A DNA stretch of 64,000 bases from the human T2T-CHM13v2.0 reference genome, Homo sapiens, in the NCBI RefSeq assembly GCF_009914755.1, contig NC_060944.1; one strand, given 5' to 3'. Below the pieces are notes generated by a model. That model searched no databases. It was not told the DNA's origin and was given only the letters and a program-made list of their open reading frames with translations. The position numbers and the translations under genes were made by a program. Positions 13,224 through 26,808 of the stretch are shown here, in pieces (the stretch's first letter is position 1; each line of letters starts with the position of its first letter).

Positions 13224-15709
13224 TAAATCTTCATCTCATACTCCAGGGAAATTCAAAATCCTCCTGACATTTTCATTGATTACTAAAGGGATTATTCTCA
13301 AAGGAAACTATGTCTCCAGGCTCCAACTTCTATTTGTTTCCAAATTTCATCCCAATATTGTGGCACGTCTCCTTTGTCTGTGCCCATATTTTGTAACCCA
13401 CTGACACAAAGCACTTGGTAATGAATTAGACTTCAGTAACTATTTGGGCTTCATACAGAGGAGTCACACTGTGCCCAACACCAAGCACTTTAAAAGGTTA
13501 TGTGAGCTGCTCTTCATCTGGTATCATGATTCCCATGGCTGGGTACCTCATGCAGCCAGCTTTCTGCTATCTTATTAGTTCATTTCTTCTCCTCTTGCAT
13601 ATCAACCTGGAAATCTGACTTATCCTATTACAACAAGAAATCCAATAGCTTCCAGCTCTAAACTTGCATACACCTTCAAGTTTGTCAGACCAGAACTGGC
13701 AGAATTTCCATCTTATCCAGTGAGTCTAATAGAAGGCAGTTGTGGAATACATGACGATTTTTCCTCTGATGTGGGCAGAGGACAGAGGCAATCACAGTAC
13801 TTGACTTAAAAACTCTTCATGCTTTCAGACCCACCTCAGATACCAAAAATTCGTAGATAAAATATGCCCCATTCTACACCACCACCAAGCTGAGTTAGAC
13901 AACATACAAATTCAGGAGTGGAGGGGAGCTGTTTTAAAAAACAATTTGATATTTGATATTTGATAGTGTTTAAAGACACCATGGATGCTTCCTGGTCCTG
14001 TGGAGTGGAGCTGGACACCTGGGTCTTATTATACAAGGGACTCTGGATTTGGAAACCCCCACTCCTGCACTGCCAGGGCCAATGGAAGCCCAGTGGAGTG
14101 TACGACCACATTATGCATGTGAGCAGCAGGGCAGGGGATGAAGTAGTCTCTGCTGATGTCCATGCAATCCACCCCACCCTTCTGCTCTCCCCGTACAGGT
14201 CTCCTTCCCACGCCACTTTCTCTTTACCTCTGAAGCTGGCCTGTCCTTCCATGCCCTCCTCCGGTTTCCCATCCACCTTTAACACACAGCTTAGGGCAGT
14301 TTCTTCTGCAAATCCACCATACTGATGGCTGTTTGTAGTCCCCAGTAGACATTCTCTACAGGAGTCAAACGAGAATTCACAAGAAAGGATGTAAAGCTAT
14401 GCTTTGAAATGAGAGTGAAGCACCATTCTCTGACATGCTTACAGCAGGTTTCTTCTCAATGGCAGATTTATGGGGGATTTTATTGATTCTATTTTCATCC
14501 ATCTGTATTTTCTACAAGAAAAGATTTTTGCAAGAACAATATTTTTCTTAACAGAAAAGAAAATGAAACAGTAAGTTATCTTAAAAGTGAGGGCATGCTC
14601 TGTGCAGGATCTAGATTTTATGCAAAAAAAACCCCTAAAAAATAAAAAATAAAAATAAAGCAAGAGTGCTTGCAGAGGTTCCAGGACAGGCTTCCCGCAT
14701 GCACAAGCTGGAGGCATGCTGACCTGCTTTTCAGCCGGCATAGGGTGTTTAAAAATTGAATGAGTCATCAGCATTTAGAAATCAAGATACTTGGCACATA
14801 TATCGGGCACCTCCTGTGAAATCTGTCCACACAGCCCACACCAATTCAACTCCCAAGTCCCAGGCCTGGGTCTACCTCAATGAGCTTGGGGTGCTCTGTC
14901 CACAGGACACGGTCTCCACTACTCCCCACTGTGCTGTCTATACTGTCACCTGGAGTTGGAAGCATTTTGTTATCTAACTGTGGGTGTCAGGCACCAACTT
15001 CCTCCTTTGCCTCCTTAGGACAAGGACCACATGGCCCCTGTGAGATGTTCTCCGTGGGAAGCATGAAGTTCACAGTGCACCTGCTAGGTTTGGCGGCCTG
15101 CAAGCGGCCAGAGGCTGTTTGCTGGGAGGAGCTCACTCATGCCAGTGAGAGATGAACTGAGGGAAATGAGTTTTACCAGATCCTGGAAGAGAAAGGAGCA
15201 GGGCCCGGTGGGTGGGCCCACTCATTTCAATAAGAATCCAACGTCTCAGTGCTTATCAAAAGCAAACCAAGCCTGCAGGCCCTTTTCAGGTTTATGGATC
15301 TCCAGTCCACATCCAGGACCTTTCCTCAGGATTAAATGAAACTTAAACCTGCTAAATAAACACAGGCACAAAATAATCATTGAGAGTCATTCACTGAGCA
15401 TCAATCATCGCAGCCAGAGTGTTTCTCGTCTTGACAGCTTACTGTAGGGAGGGATCCCTGAGTGCTCAGGAACAAAGGTGAGGGGAGGGAGGAGAATATA
15501 GCAACAGAGAGGAAGATCTTTATACAGCAAGCTCAGGAAGAAAATTAAATGAAGAAATACAGTTATCAACAGAAAGAGAAATCCAAAATTGGGTGAGAGG
15601 TTTTTGTGGTAGAGGTTACAATGGGATCTTCTTTCTCCTTTTAATCCAAAGTAATAAAATGCTCCATTTTACTGAGTTCTCTCTGTGGCAAATATTGTGC
15701 TGAACACTT

Positions 15710-16110
15710 CATTCATTTATTTATTATTCATTCATCTACTTATTCACTTACTCCTGTGTCCATTCATTCATTCGTTCAGCAATGTATCTCAGGTGCTGGC
15801 AATGCAATGAACAAGGCAAGGGCCCTGCTAAATGAAGGAGACACATGAATATATGATTTTAGAGAGTAATGCATGATATAGAGAAAATAAAAACCAGGAA
15901 GGGGAGGGAGGCTGGGAGTAAGAAGTTCTCCTAAGTCAGCAGCTCAGAGGAGGCCACCCCAAGGAGCAGGCTCTGGAACTGAGACCTAAAAGCAGATGCC
16001 ATTATCAAAGGCCCCTGGGCAGGATGCTGCAGAGAAAAGAAGGGCAAGTGCAAAGGCCCTGCTGTGGACCTGGTTTGGCAGAGCTGAAAGCAGGCAGGAG
16101 GACCACATGC
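15710..16110 (-). mobile_element. L2 LINE 3' fragment
   Basis: (CATT)n-rich tail at 15710-15780, followed by 'ctgagacctaaa...gcaagtgcaaaggccctg', typical of antisense L2. Confidence 0.7.
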
Positions 16111-16312
16111 TGACCTGCACGTGGAGTTCTGCCTATGTGAATCTGGCAAGCAGCAGCATCTGGTGGTCAGGGATGCCAAATTGGGCTGACCCAATCTGAA
16201 CCCAGGGTACTGCTGCATTCCAGACCCAAAGAAGCTGCTTTTCTTAAGCCAAGTCCCTGTGGCTCCTAGAAATCCTATCAGTTTTTCCATGGATTTGACA
16301 GATATACATATT

Positions 16313-16364
16313 CACACACACATGCACACACGCACACACACACATGCACAGACACACACACACA
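16313..16364. repeat. (CA)n-rich microsatellite
   Basis: cacacacacatgcacacacgcacacacacacatgcacagacacacacacaca. Confidence 0.85.
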
Positions 16365-16699
16365 TATATGGAGACAGATTCAAATGTACTGAAGGGGAGA
16401 TGCTGAAGAACCTGAGTTCTCACCTGAACTCAGTCACAGATTATTCCCCAGGGGCCTAAGCAAACTTGGAATGGAGAAACCATCTCCCAGGAGACAACAG
16501 AACAGCGCCCAGCTCTGCAAGGCAGGTTTCGTTCCACTCTCCGCTTTTGCCCTCCTGACTCAGTGTCCAAGCTCTCTAAGCCCATGGTCTCCAGGCTGCC
16601 TCTTCTACCAGGAATGGCTGTGGTACTTGTCCCCTAACTCCCTGCAGGAGATGTTGTGCGTGTCCTGGGAGAGCAAGTGGCTATTCCTGTGTGTGCTTA

Positions 16700-17070
16700 T
16701 GTGACACTGTCCAATTCCAAGCACCTTTAAGACTCTCATCTTCAGAGCTCAGGGCTACTCTTGAGGCAGGGCTGAGAATAATCTCCATTAGCCACTGATA
16801 GGAGCTGATGGATAAACACCCCACCTCCTTCTCCTCTGGCAGATGTCTTGGAGGCATGCCATGCCTACTGGGGACTCTCCGAGAGGTCCCCATTAGCACT
16901 GAGCCCAGTTTTCCACAGTGGTAACCCGATGATGACAAACCCTTCATGGCTGCCTCCTCTTCCTTTCCTGTGTCACTTCCCCACCCTCCCTGGTGCATCC
17001 TGGGACTACCTCCCACATAAACTTCTGGTCCTTGTTTCAGAGTTTCCTTTCAGGGACACTAAACCCAAAG
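16700..17070 (+). mobile_element. ERVL solo LTR, LTR16A-like
   Basis: 'gataggagctgatggataaacacccc...ccacagtggtaac...tcacttcccc...cctgggactacctcccacataaac' matches the recalled LTR16A consensus. Confidence 0.8.
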
Positions 17071-19309
17071 CGCTGCCTAAGGTGCTAACTGACAATCAAT
17101 CTTCAGGACTCAGCTTAGAAGTCACCTCTTCCTGCACACTTTCTTTGATCTCCTTTCACCAACACCAATGTTTGGATCAGGAGTCTTTTCTGCAGGCTCT
17201 CTTACCACACAGAAGGTGACCAGTGTTGTTCATTAACAAATGACGTGTCCCTCGGTAACAATCAAATGCAGGGAGTGAGATGTGAAGCCACCATGCGGTC
17301 CCCACACAGCTTTCTACAGAAGCATCTCTCCAGATCCAATCTGCCCTGGCCTCACCTCTGATTAGGACTGGGTCCCCTTTGGAGGTCACACTGATTGATT
17401 AGTGCTCTCTGGGGACAGTTCTATTGACAATGTGGCTCTTCTCAGAAAAGCACAGCAAAAACAACCTTTCAGATTGAGGCCAGCTTCCATTGCTCAATGT
17501 TAGATATTTTTCCTGGAAATATCTGTTGGAGAAGGGATATTAACTACCAATAAAAGTCATTTCTCAAACCACAGTGGACACATGGACCCAAGCACACAAT
17601 GGACTGTGAACTCCAACCTTTGAAAGTCAAGCCTCTGCTTCAGCATTTGGCCCTGTCCATGATGAAATTATTTCCTTTCCCCCAGGAACTTGAACTGGTA
17701 AAGTGACCTCCATGTTTAACGTATCCAGGCAAAAAAGGCACTAAGTCTCTATAATTCAAAGATCAAAAGTACCTAAAATAGATCTTCATTGGTTTGAACT
17801 TGAAGGAATTTTACCTCCAAACTCAGATTAATTTCTTGGCCTGAACCCAAAGTAAATGGGCTTGTCTTCTTTGCATTTTAAGGTAAATGTCTCTTGCATA
17901 TCTGCAATAGTTCAGGGTAGCAAATAGCTGATAAGCCACTGAGAGGTTCATTAGTCATTTTCAGAAGGTGGCTCCAGCAGGAGGTCCATGGGCTGAGCAG
18001 TGCAGGCAAGCACACCGGAACTGAAGCTACCTGAACAGAGAGTGTGTTTCCCAGAAACAAACTGGAACAAGAAAAAAATACTCCACAGTGAAAGTTGAAG
18101 CATGGTTTCTGGGATCTTTGGAAAAAGAAAGATTCCTTGAAAGCCATATGGCTCAGGACCATTGGAAAAAGCGCTTTGAGGGCTTGGCTAAAGGTGGAAG
18201 GGGCTGAGATTCTAGGTGGACAGCAAACTGGAAAAGCCATTGGCCAAACCCCTCGATGAGCAGTGACTCCCTGAGCTTCTCATGCAGATGCAGAGGTGAA
18301 ATCAAGCCAAGAGGGCCCTGATGGTGACATGCTTCACTTGTGTTCTCTGGCACATAGATGCATGAAATGGGGCACCAGTGCTGGGTTTGGGATAGCTGGG
18401 CTGCTTATGAATATTTTTTCCTTTAGCTTCTTTGTGCTGCTTCACACAAACCTCAATAGTGGGGCTGGTAGTTGAGTGCAAAGCCCCGGTGGACACACAC
18501 ATCTACACACAGCCACAAAGGTTACGAAACAATAGTCCACAGACAGGAAGGAGAGGAACTGTAAATAAAGGGAATGGGAATATGGTACGTTTCCCCATTG
18601 TGTGAAGCAGGGTCGGGGCAAAAGCTGGAGACTGTTGTAAAAAAGAGTCCTGGGCAGGTGCTCAGAGGACAGCTGTCTCGCACAAAGAAACCTCTTATTA
18701 AAGCCACTGTGTTCACTGTATAATTGTATTTACCTGTAGTGTCTTCTGGGCATTACTCATTTGCTTCATTATTGCCCAGCTGAACATTTTATTTTCCATG
18801 ATGGGGAGTTGATTCTTCCCTCTGTCCCTGCTGAGCATCGATATGTTCTTTCAGAATTGGGAGGTATCAGGCCAAAGGTGCAGTTACCAGGTTCGGTTCT
18901 AGAAGACTTTGCCCTGACATTGTATAAATTATTCAGTAAATGAGGCGACAAGGCCATTGAAGCTTGGGCTCTTTCCTGTCTGACTCCCCATCTCATTCTA
19001 GTCAATAGCACACCTAGCAGAATTCACGTTTGGAATGGCCTTTGCTTCTGACAGGGAGAGAGCCAGCAAAACTGTTGGTAGAGGGGATCTTCGGGTTTCA
19101 TGGCACCTACCCCTTAAAAACATTTAGGGGAATGTGTAGGGGAGAGAGATCTAGATCTGGGAGGCTTCTGGAAATGTCGGGTGGGAGTTCTGGAAGGGCT
19201 GTGCTGTGCCCGCTGAGGCCCATGTTCGGCACTCTGATACAGAAAAGATGATTCTCTTTTAAATAATCACAATGGAATAAACCCTTTATTTAATAAGAAC
19301 ATTTTACAA

Positions 19310-20168
19310 GCATAGAAATATGACATGTTTTCTGGAAGTCCCATTGCAATTCACCTCCAAGAAACTATCACTTGGCTGGTTGCAGTGGCTCATGCCTGTA
19401 AGTAATCCCAGAACTTTGGGAGGCCAAGGCAGGCGGATCACTTGAGGCCAAGAGTTCAAGACCAGCTTGATCAACATGATGAAACCCCATCTCTACTAAA
19501 AAATACAAAAATTAGCTGAGCGTGGGGTTGCATACCTGTAATCCCAGCTACTTGGAAGGCTGAGGCAGGAGAATCGCTTGAACCCGGGAGGTGGATCTGA
19601 GATCGTGCCATTGTACTCCAGCCTGGGCAACAGAGTGAGATTCTGTCTCAGGAAAAAAAAAAAAAAAAAAGGAAAAAAAAAAAAAAGAAACTATCACTTA
19701 CTGGGGTTTGGTATGGCATCAAAAAAGAATATCCACAGCTGATTTGAAAACACTATTTAAAAATTTCCTTTTTCAACAACAATCAGTATAGTTTTCTTCC
19801 TATACTTCAACCACAATAATATAATACAAACAGATGAACTCGGAAGCAGATACGAAAATCTGGTTGTCTTTTTAAGCGTGAAATTAAAGAGATCTGCAAA
19901 AATGTAAAAAACATCACTCTTCTCCAGAATTGTTTTTGTTTTGAAAAATAGTTATTTTTATTTAAAAACATGTTATTCATGTTAGCATTTAACTGGTTGA
20001 TTATTATTTCAAGATTAATAAATGCATATTTTTATATTTCCTCAATTTTGATTTCTAATATGGTAAATATAAATAGATTTTGCCCACATACGTAAAAGCT
20101 CTCTGGGGACTTCAGTAATTTTTAAGAACGTAAAAAGCCTCAAGACCAAAGAATTTGAGGACTCCGAA
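19310..20168 (+). mobile_element. hAT Charlie1-like transposon 3' portion (interrupted by Alu)
   Basis: 'aagaatatccacagctgatttgaaaacactatt', 'gaagcagatacgaaaatctggttgtc...taaagagatctgcaaaaatgtaaaa' and the terminus 'agaccaaagaatttgaggactccg' match the recalled Charlie1 3' end. Confidence 0.7.
19374..19684 (+). mobile_element. Alu (AluS-type) with perfect 15-bp TSD
   Basis: TSD AAGAAACTATCACTT at 19359-19373 and 19685-19699. It has a polyA tail and a short internal deletion in the right arm ('gaggtggatctgagatc'). Confidence 0.97.
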
Positions 20169-22883
20169 ATTCAAGTACTCACCCAACTTAGCTTTAGAGT
20201 GAAGGGTGGAACCTTTGGCCTACCAAGATCTATTTGTCAGTTCCAATCAGAGAAATGTCAAAATCTTGAAGGATATATTTAAGGAGTCCAGAAAGGTTTT
20301 CCATACCAGCCTATCAGTAAAGCTCAGAGCTTAGTTCCTTCCTGAAATCTTGTCCACCGGCTCAGCCAAGTCTGCAGAGTGGGGTGAAAGCTTAGTCTTA
20401 ATAAACATTCATCTAAGCAGCCCCTTCTCTTTTTAAGCAAGGGGCTTCTGAGATTAGGTGTTCGCATCAGAAAGGGGCGGGCACATGTGACACCCTGAGG
20501 ACATCTGTCTCATACAAGGTTTCTCTAATACTCACATGCAAATGAGAGCTGCCCAAAGGAGCAGACAGAAAGCAAGTCAAACAGCCCCTAGCCCTGCTCT
20601 GCAGGAATAGTGCAGAACTGATCCATGGCAGGATCTGCAGCTTGGATGCTATCTTTCAATTTCCCCCAGGGTGGGTCAGTTGGAGCTGGAGGATGTGCTG
20701 GCGAGATGCCCCACCCATCGCACCGTCAGGCCCTGCGAGGAGGAGCACTCCATCTGTTTGCTCATTGAGGAAGACTAGGGTGGGATGTATTACAACCACC
20801 ACTCCTACTGATTCTCAAATTGGAAGACCAGAGCTTGCAACACATCTATCATCTCCAAGACCTGTTGCTGTTGCTTCCTAGAGTAAGAGAAAGTTTCCTA
20901 GATACAGTTTTCTATGTCTAATTCAGACAAAGGGCAGAGGCCCTGAGAGGCCTCCAACTGCAGAAGACATGCTTAAACTTGGAAATTCCAGGCCGTTAAT
21001 AATCACAACCTGAAAACACAGCATTGTCAGCGGTGGCTGTTGGAGTTGGTCAACTTCGCTAAGAGGCATTCAGTTTCTCAACTCGGTAATGCTAAGAAGC
21101 TACTTCCCTTAGGCAATCTTGCTGATTTTGGTGAATCTTACAACACTCATTTGGAAAATTGCTAAAAATGACTATGTTGAATAGAAGATGGCACTCGCCT
21201 TCCCTTGTGATTTCTACAGAATATCCTGAAATTGCTTTTGCGTCAGATAATACACATCTTTATTTATAGTGCTGTGCTGCTTTAAATCGCAACCAAAGCC
21301 TGCATAATACTTACCTACATAATATTTTATTACATTTTAGGTTTGCATGTTTAGAAAGCATTTAAATTTTATGAAAAACAATACAGATAGTTTCCTGATT
21401 GTAAGGAAAATAGAAAAATGATAAAAAGCCATCTTTATCTTTCATGAGAAGACACCAAGCCTGGGTATGTGTTCAGTTATATCTCCTAGAGTTACCATGA
21501 TGCTTCACCATCACACCTTTTAAAACAAATTAGTCATGCATTTATTTATTTGTTCAACAAAATTCAAAGTATCTTCTAAGCAATGGAGTTGAAGAACTTG
21601 AAAGAATATTGTAAAATGTAAATCATGAAAAATATGACAGAAGAAAATCAGTCACTTTATAAATACAAGTTGGCATTATGTAACTATTTTTATTTAATGT
21701 GTTTAACTTTTACAGATGATGTTTTTTAGAAAAAGATTTAGTAATTTGCTCAAAGTCACACTTAATTTTTTCAAGCATCAGAAACCAAACAAAACAAAAA
21801 GAAAGAAACATGCCTCCCTCAGTTTTGGTCCAAAAATAGGTATTTCATAAATATTTGTTCCTTTTTTTCTCTGAATTCAGATCCTGGTCGTCTTTCCCTA
21901 AATTTCCTTTTTTCTTTTGTCGTGGTTATATAGAATTGAATATTTATAATGAAATAGACCTGCTGACTGGGTCACAGTGATAAAAGATGCTGAATGCTTC
22001 TGGTTCCAAGTAGTTGCAGTTGATGAATGAATCCCAGGTCCTAGCAACTGTGCTTAAAGGGATACACCTGCTTACAGGTGGTTAAGGGGAGATCTATTTC
22101 TATACATGGGACTGCCATAAATCAGAAGGAGATCAAAACATTTAAAGCCAACCAAGCAGGCAACATTTTTTGAGTAATTGAGGCTTGTTTTAGAAAACAA
22201 AAAATGTCTGTGTTAGTCCTTGTCTGTCAAACATTATTCTCTGTTTGATTAAGCTATACAAACAGCAGGACTCTGATGTAAGCAAGATTTTTTCTTTTTG
22301 TATGCTGTACATAAATGTCTTTAATCTTTTGAGTTAGGAATTTATTGGTGGAGTCTTCATGAGTAAATCCAGCAAATCTCTGAAATAATTTTCCCTCCAA
22401 AAGGAAATAGAGCAGGGAGGAGGCAGAGAAGGGTCAGTGAAACTCAACCCAAAAACAAAACAAAACACATTTTCCTGGAACAACAAAGTAGGTAAGAGTC
22501 CAGCTGACTTTTAGCCAGCTTAAGTCTGGGGTCTGGGTGAATGTGCCTTGGGTCAGGTGACGATAAAGGGACTTCAGACCAACTTACCAGCTGCAAATGA
22601 AAGTTCTTTCTTGGGATTTCAACAATAAACCAAACAAACCCACAGCACCATCCCCAAGTCTGCTATTCCAACTCCAGGAAAAGATTCCACACAGAAGGTC
22701 TGCAGAAGACAGTTGGACCTGGAATGGTTCTTCTTATTTTAACAAAAAGAGTGAAATGTGGATGCTTAAAATACACAAAAGGTTTGAATCTTGACTCCTG
22801 TGAGTCTTGACATTTGCATTTTATTCTGGGAATTTTCAAAGGATAACTGTGAGTCGTTAATCAAAGGACTTTTAGACATTGGG

Positions 22884-23300
22884 TGCATTTGTTTGCCATG
22901 GCTGTGTAACAAATTCTACAAACTGGGTGGGTTAAAGCACGAAAATTTTATGTCTCACAGTTTCAGAGGCTGAAGTCTGAGATGTAGGTGTTGCAGGGTG
23001 GGTTCCTTCTAAGAACCCACTCCATGCCTCCCCCCAGCTTCTGGTGTTTTGCTGGCAATCTCGGACTTTCCTGGGCTTGTAGACCCATCAGCCCGGCCTC
23101 TGCCCACGGTTGCACATGGCGTCCTCCCTGCATGTTGTCACCTTGGAGTGGGCCTACCCTATTCCATTATGACATCATCTTAAGTAAACACATCTGCAAC
23201 GACATAAGGTCCTCTTTCCACATAAGGTCACATTCTGAGGTACCAGGGTTATGCCTTCAACATTTAGAAGTGGAGTGGGGCACAGTTCAGCCCACAACCA
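22884..23300 (-). mobile_element. MaLR solo LTR, MLT1B/C-like
   Basis: TG...CA termini; 'taacaaattctacaaactgggtggg', 'ataaggtcacattctgaggtacc' and 'cacagttcagcccacaac' match MLT1 in reverse complement. Confidence 0.85.
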
Positions 23301-23384
23301 TGGGTGTGGTAGTGTGTTTGTATGTGTGCGCAGCCACCCTCACCCTTTCTCCACCCCGCCTCCTCAGAGATGCCACACCCACTT

Positions 23385-25848
23385 CTCAGACTCCACTCTT
23401 CTCTCCCAGGAAGCCTGCTAGCACCCAGCCCGCCCCACCCCACAGACAAACACACACACCAGATACACACCACACACACACATCTCCACCACAGCACACC
23501 CGTGCACACATGCATCACACTACACACACATCACTAATACTACACACACAACCTGCACAACACATGCACACCATATACACACAATCACCATTACCACCAA
23601 AACACACCTGTGCACCTATACAGCCAACTACACACACTCCACACCACACTCACACCACAGCACACCCACACAAACCTCTCACCCACGCACACACCACACA
23701 CACATGCACAACACATGCACACATACCCAGACTCACATCACACCCACCACCACACACATACACACCACCACACACATACCATACACACCACACCACCACA
23801 CACACACACCCCTACACACATACAAACACACCACTACAGACATACACACACCACCACCACACACACCATACACACCAACACACACACACACACGCCACAA
23901 CACGCACATACCATACACACCACCACGCACATACGCACACACCATCACACACATACTATACACGCCACCACACACATACACAAACACCACACACACCATA
24001 CACACCACCACACACATACGCACACACCACACACATACCATACACACCACCACGCACACACCACCACACACACCATACACACCACCACACACACCATACA
24101 CACCACCACACACATACACACACACCACTACAAACATACACACCACCACTCATATACCATACACACCACCACACATACACACCACTACACACATACACAC
24201 CACTACAGATATACACACCACGACACACATACACACACACACCACTACATACACACACACACCACCACACACATACCATACACACCAACACACACACGCC
24301 ACACCACGCACATACCATACACACCACCACACACATACGCACACACCACCACACACACGCACACCAGCACACACATATACACACACCACCACACATACCA
24401 TACACACCACCACACACATACACACACACCACCACATACATACACACACACCACCTCATATACCATACACACCACACACATACACACCACTACACACATA
24501 CACACACACCACTACACACATATAAGCCACTACACACATACACACCACTACACACATACCATACACACCACCACACCACCACATACATACACACACACCA
24601 CTACAAACATACACAAACACCACTACAGACATACACACACCACCACACACATACGCACACACCACCACACACATACACATACCAGCACACACATACACAC
24701 ACAACACATACCATACACACCACCACACACGTACACACACACACACCACCACATACATACACACACACCACTGCACACATACACACACCATCACACACAC
24801 CATGCACACCACACACACACCACTACACACATACACACACACCACTACATACATACACACAAACCAACACACACACCATACACACCAACACACACATACA
24901 CGCCATACCACGCACATACCAAACACACCACCACACACCCACAAACACCACCACACACACCATACGCACCACCACACACACGCACACACCACCACACACA
25001 CCATACACACCACCACACACACCATACACACCATCACACACATATGCACACACACCACCACACACCATACACCACACCACACACATGCACAAACACCACC
25101 ACACACATTCCATACACACCACCACACACATACCACACTACCACACACAGCACCACACACCCCACCACACACATACACACACACCACCACACACATACAC
25201 ACACACCACCACACACATACACAAACAGCACCACACACACCATACACACCACCACACACACCATACACATCACCACACACATACCATACAAACCACCACA
25301 CACACCGCCACACACACACACAGCCCACCACACACACACTCCACAACACACGTACACACACACCACCACACGCATACACAAACACCACCACACACACCAT
25401 ACACACCACCACACACATACATACACACCACCACACACACCATACACACCACCACACATACACACACACCACCACACACGTACATACGCACCACCACACA
25501 CATACACACACAGCACCACACACATACCATACACACTACCACATACATACCATACACACCACCACACACACATACACCACCACACACATACCATATACAC
25601 CACCACACACACCACCACACACATGCAGAAACACATACCAAGCTCCCTTCTATGTGTTTTCGTAGTGTTTTAATTATAGCTCTATTGTAAGTCACCAAAT
25701 TAAACGTTTATTATAGTTATTTATATTTCCTGCCAACTTCTTCTAATTTGGTCATTTAAGCAGCTGCTATGTCTGGTTAATTTTTGTTTCCCACAAACAA
25801 ATCGGTGTCACATGCACAGTAGTCTCAATGAACATTAGGTGAATTAAA
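23385..25848 (+). mobile_element. L2 3' fragment split by the C/A-rich repeat (23385-23440 plus 25641-25848)
   Basis: The left piece 'ctcttctctcccaggaagcctgct' and the right piece 'gctcccttctatgtg...gcacagtagtctcaatgaacattaggtgaat' are colinear with the recalled L2b/c 3' end. Confidence 0.5.
23441..25640. repeat. ~2.2 kb C/A-rich degenerate tandem repeat (core unit ~21-23 nt CCATACACACCACCACACACA[TA])
   Basis: Almost only C and A on the + strand. The recurring 21-nt unit is visible directly and as PYTPPHT/HTHHHTH/IHTTTHT heptads in the ORF track. Confidence 0.97.
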
Positions 25849-25849
25849 C

Positions 25850-26660
25850 CGATTACAATGAAATGAGCGTTAATCTAACAGGCACAGAAAAGAGAATGAG
25901 TAACTGCACGGCAGTGGGAGCGTCAAGGCCAGGTTGGGGGTGGTGAGCTGCGCGTTTTCTCCCAAACTCCATGATGACAGTGGCTCGGCACCTCACCCCC
26001 TGTGCATAGGGATTGTAGTGTAAGCCTAGCTTCAGAGCCATTGCAGCAGGATGTAAGGTCCCCTCTGATGACAGCATTAAAGGACCCTGACCCGTAGGGG
26101 GAGTTCACCCACACTGAGGAGAGGCCGGGGCCACACTGCTAAGGGCCAGGCAAGACAGACCAAGGACTTGAATTCCACAGGAAGGGCACGGGGAACCACT
26201 ACACGTCTTCCCGCGAGCTGAGGTACAATATGACTGAAGCTGCACTTTAATAATGGACCATTAGGCAAATTTATGTGCAAAAATCTCCACATTTTGCAAA
26301 CAAGGCAGGTATGCGTTGTCTGGTTCATCGGAAATTCCATGCACAACTTGATGCGCTCACAAATTCGCAATTCAGAATTAATTGGTTTTAGGCCATGCAT
26401 TTAGGTCAGATCACCCAGACATTCCATTTCATGTGGTGAAAAGAAATTAAGTCAATTTTCCCCCCGCCAGACCCTCGGCTCTCATCTCGCAGGCCTGGCG
26501 TGCGTCCCTCTGCTCGCACGGGGAGGAAGACAACCTTTAAAGGCATTCTCATTATTTCTCAGGGAGATGTCATTAAGTACTGTAAACATGTCCTGAATGA
26601 GTCCGTGTCACAAAGACGGCAAAGTGTTTATAGAATAAAAACCTATAAGCACCAAAATGA
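25850..26660. promoter_or_regulatory. Candidate enhancer block
   Basis: No repeat recognised and many retained CpGs. Motifs include GGAAATTCC (~26330), TAATTG homeobox cores (~26379), TGTAAACA (26581) and ACAAT sites. Confidence 0.4.
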
Positions 26661-26808
26661 GATAAAATGGGGGAGGGGGAGAGAAAGAGGGAAAGAGAGA
26701 TTTTTTTAAAAAAAAAAAAGGAAAAGGAAATGTCTTCCTGACCAAGTTCAGCTAAGGTGTGGACTATGTGGTAAATTTGCCCTAATGAGCTTTAACTACA
26801 AAAGAAAG

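Noticed and set aside
22988-25690. 900-aa His/Thr/Pro-rich ORF as a real gene
   Set aside because: It begins at a non-ATG codon inside an antisense MLT1 LTR and runs through a low-complexity repeat whose composition excludes stops. Other frames on both strands are similarly open.
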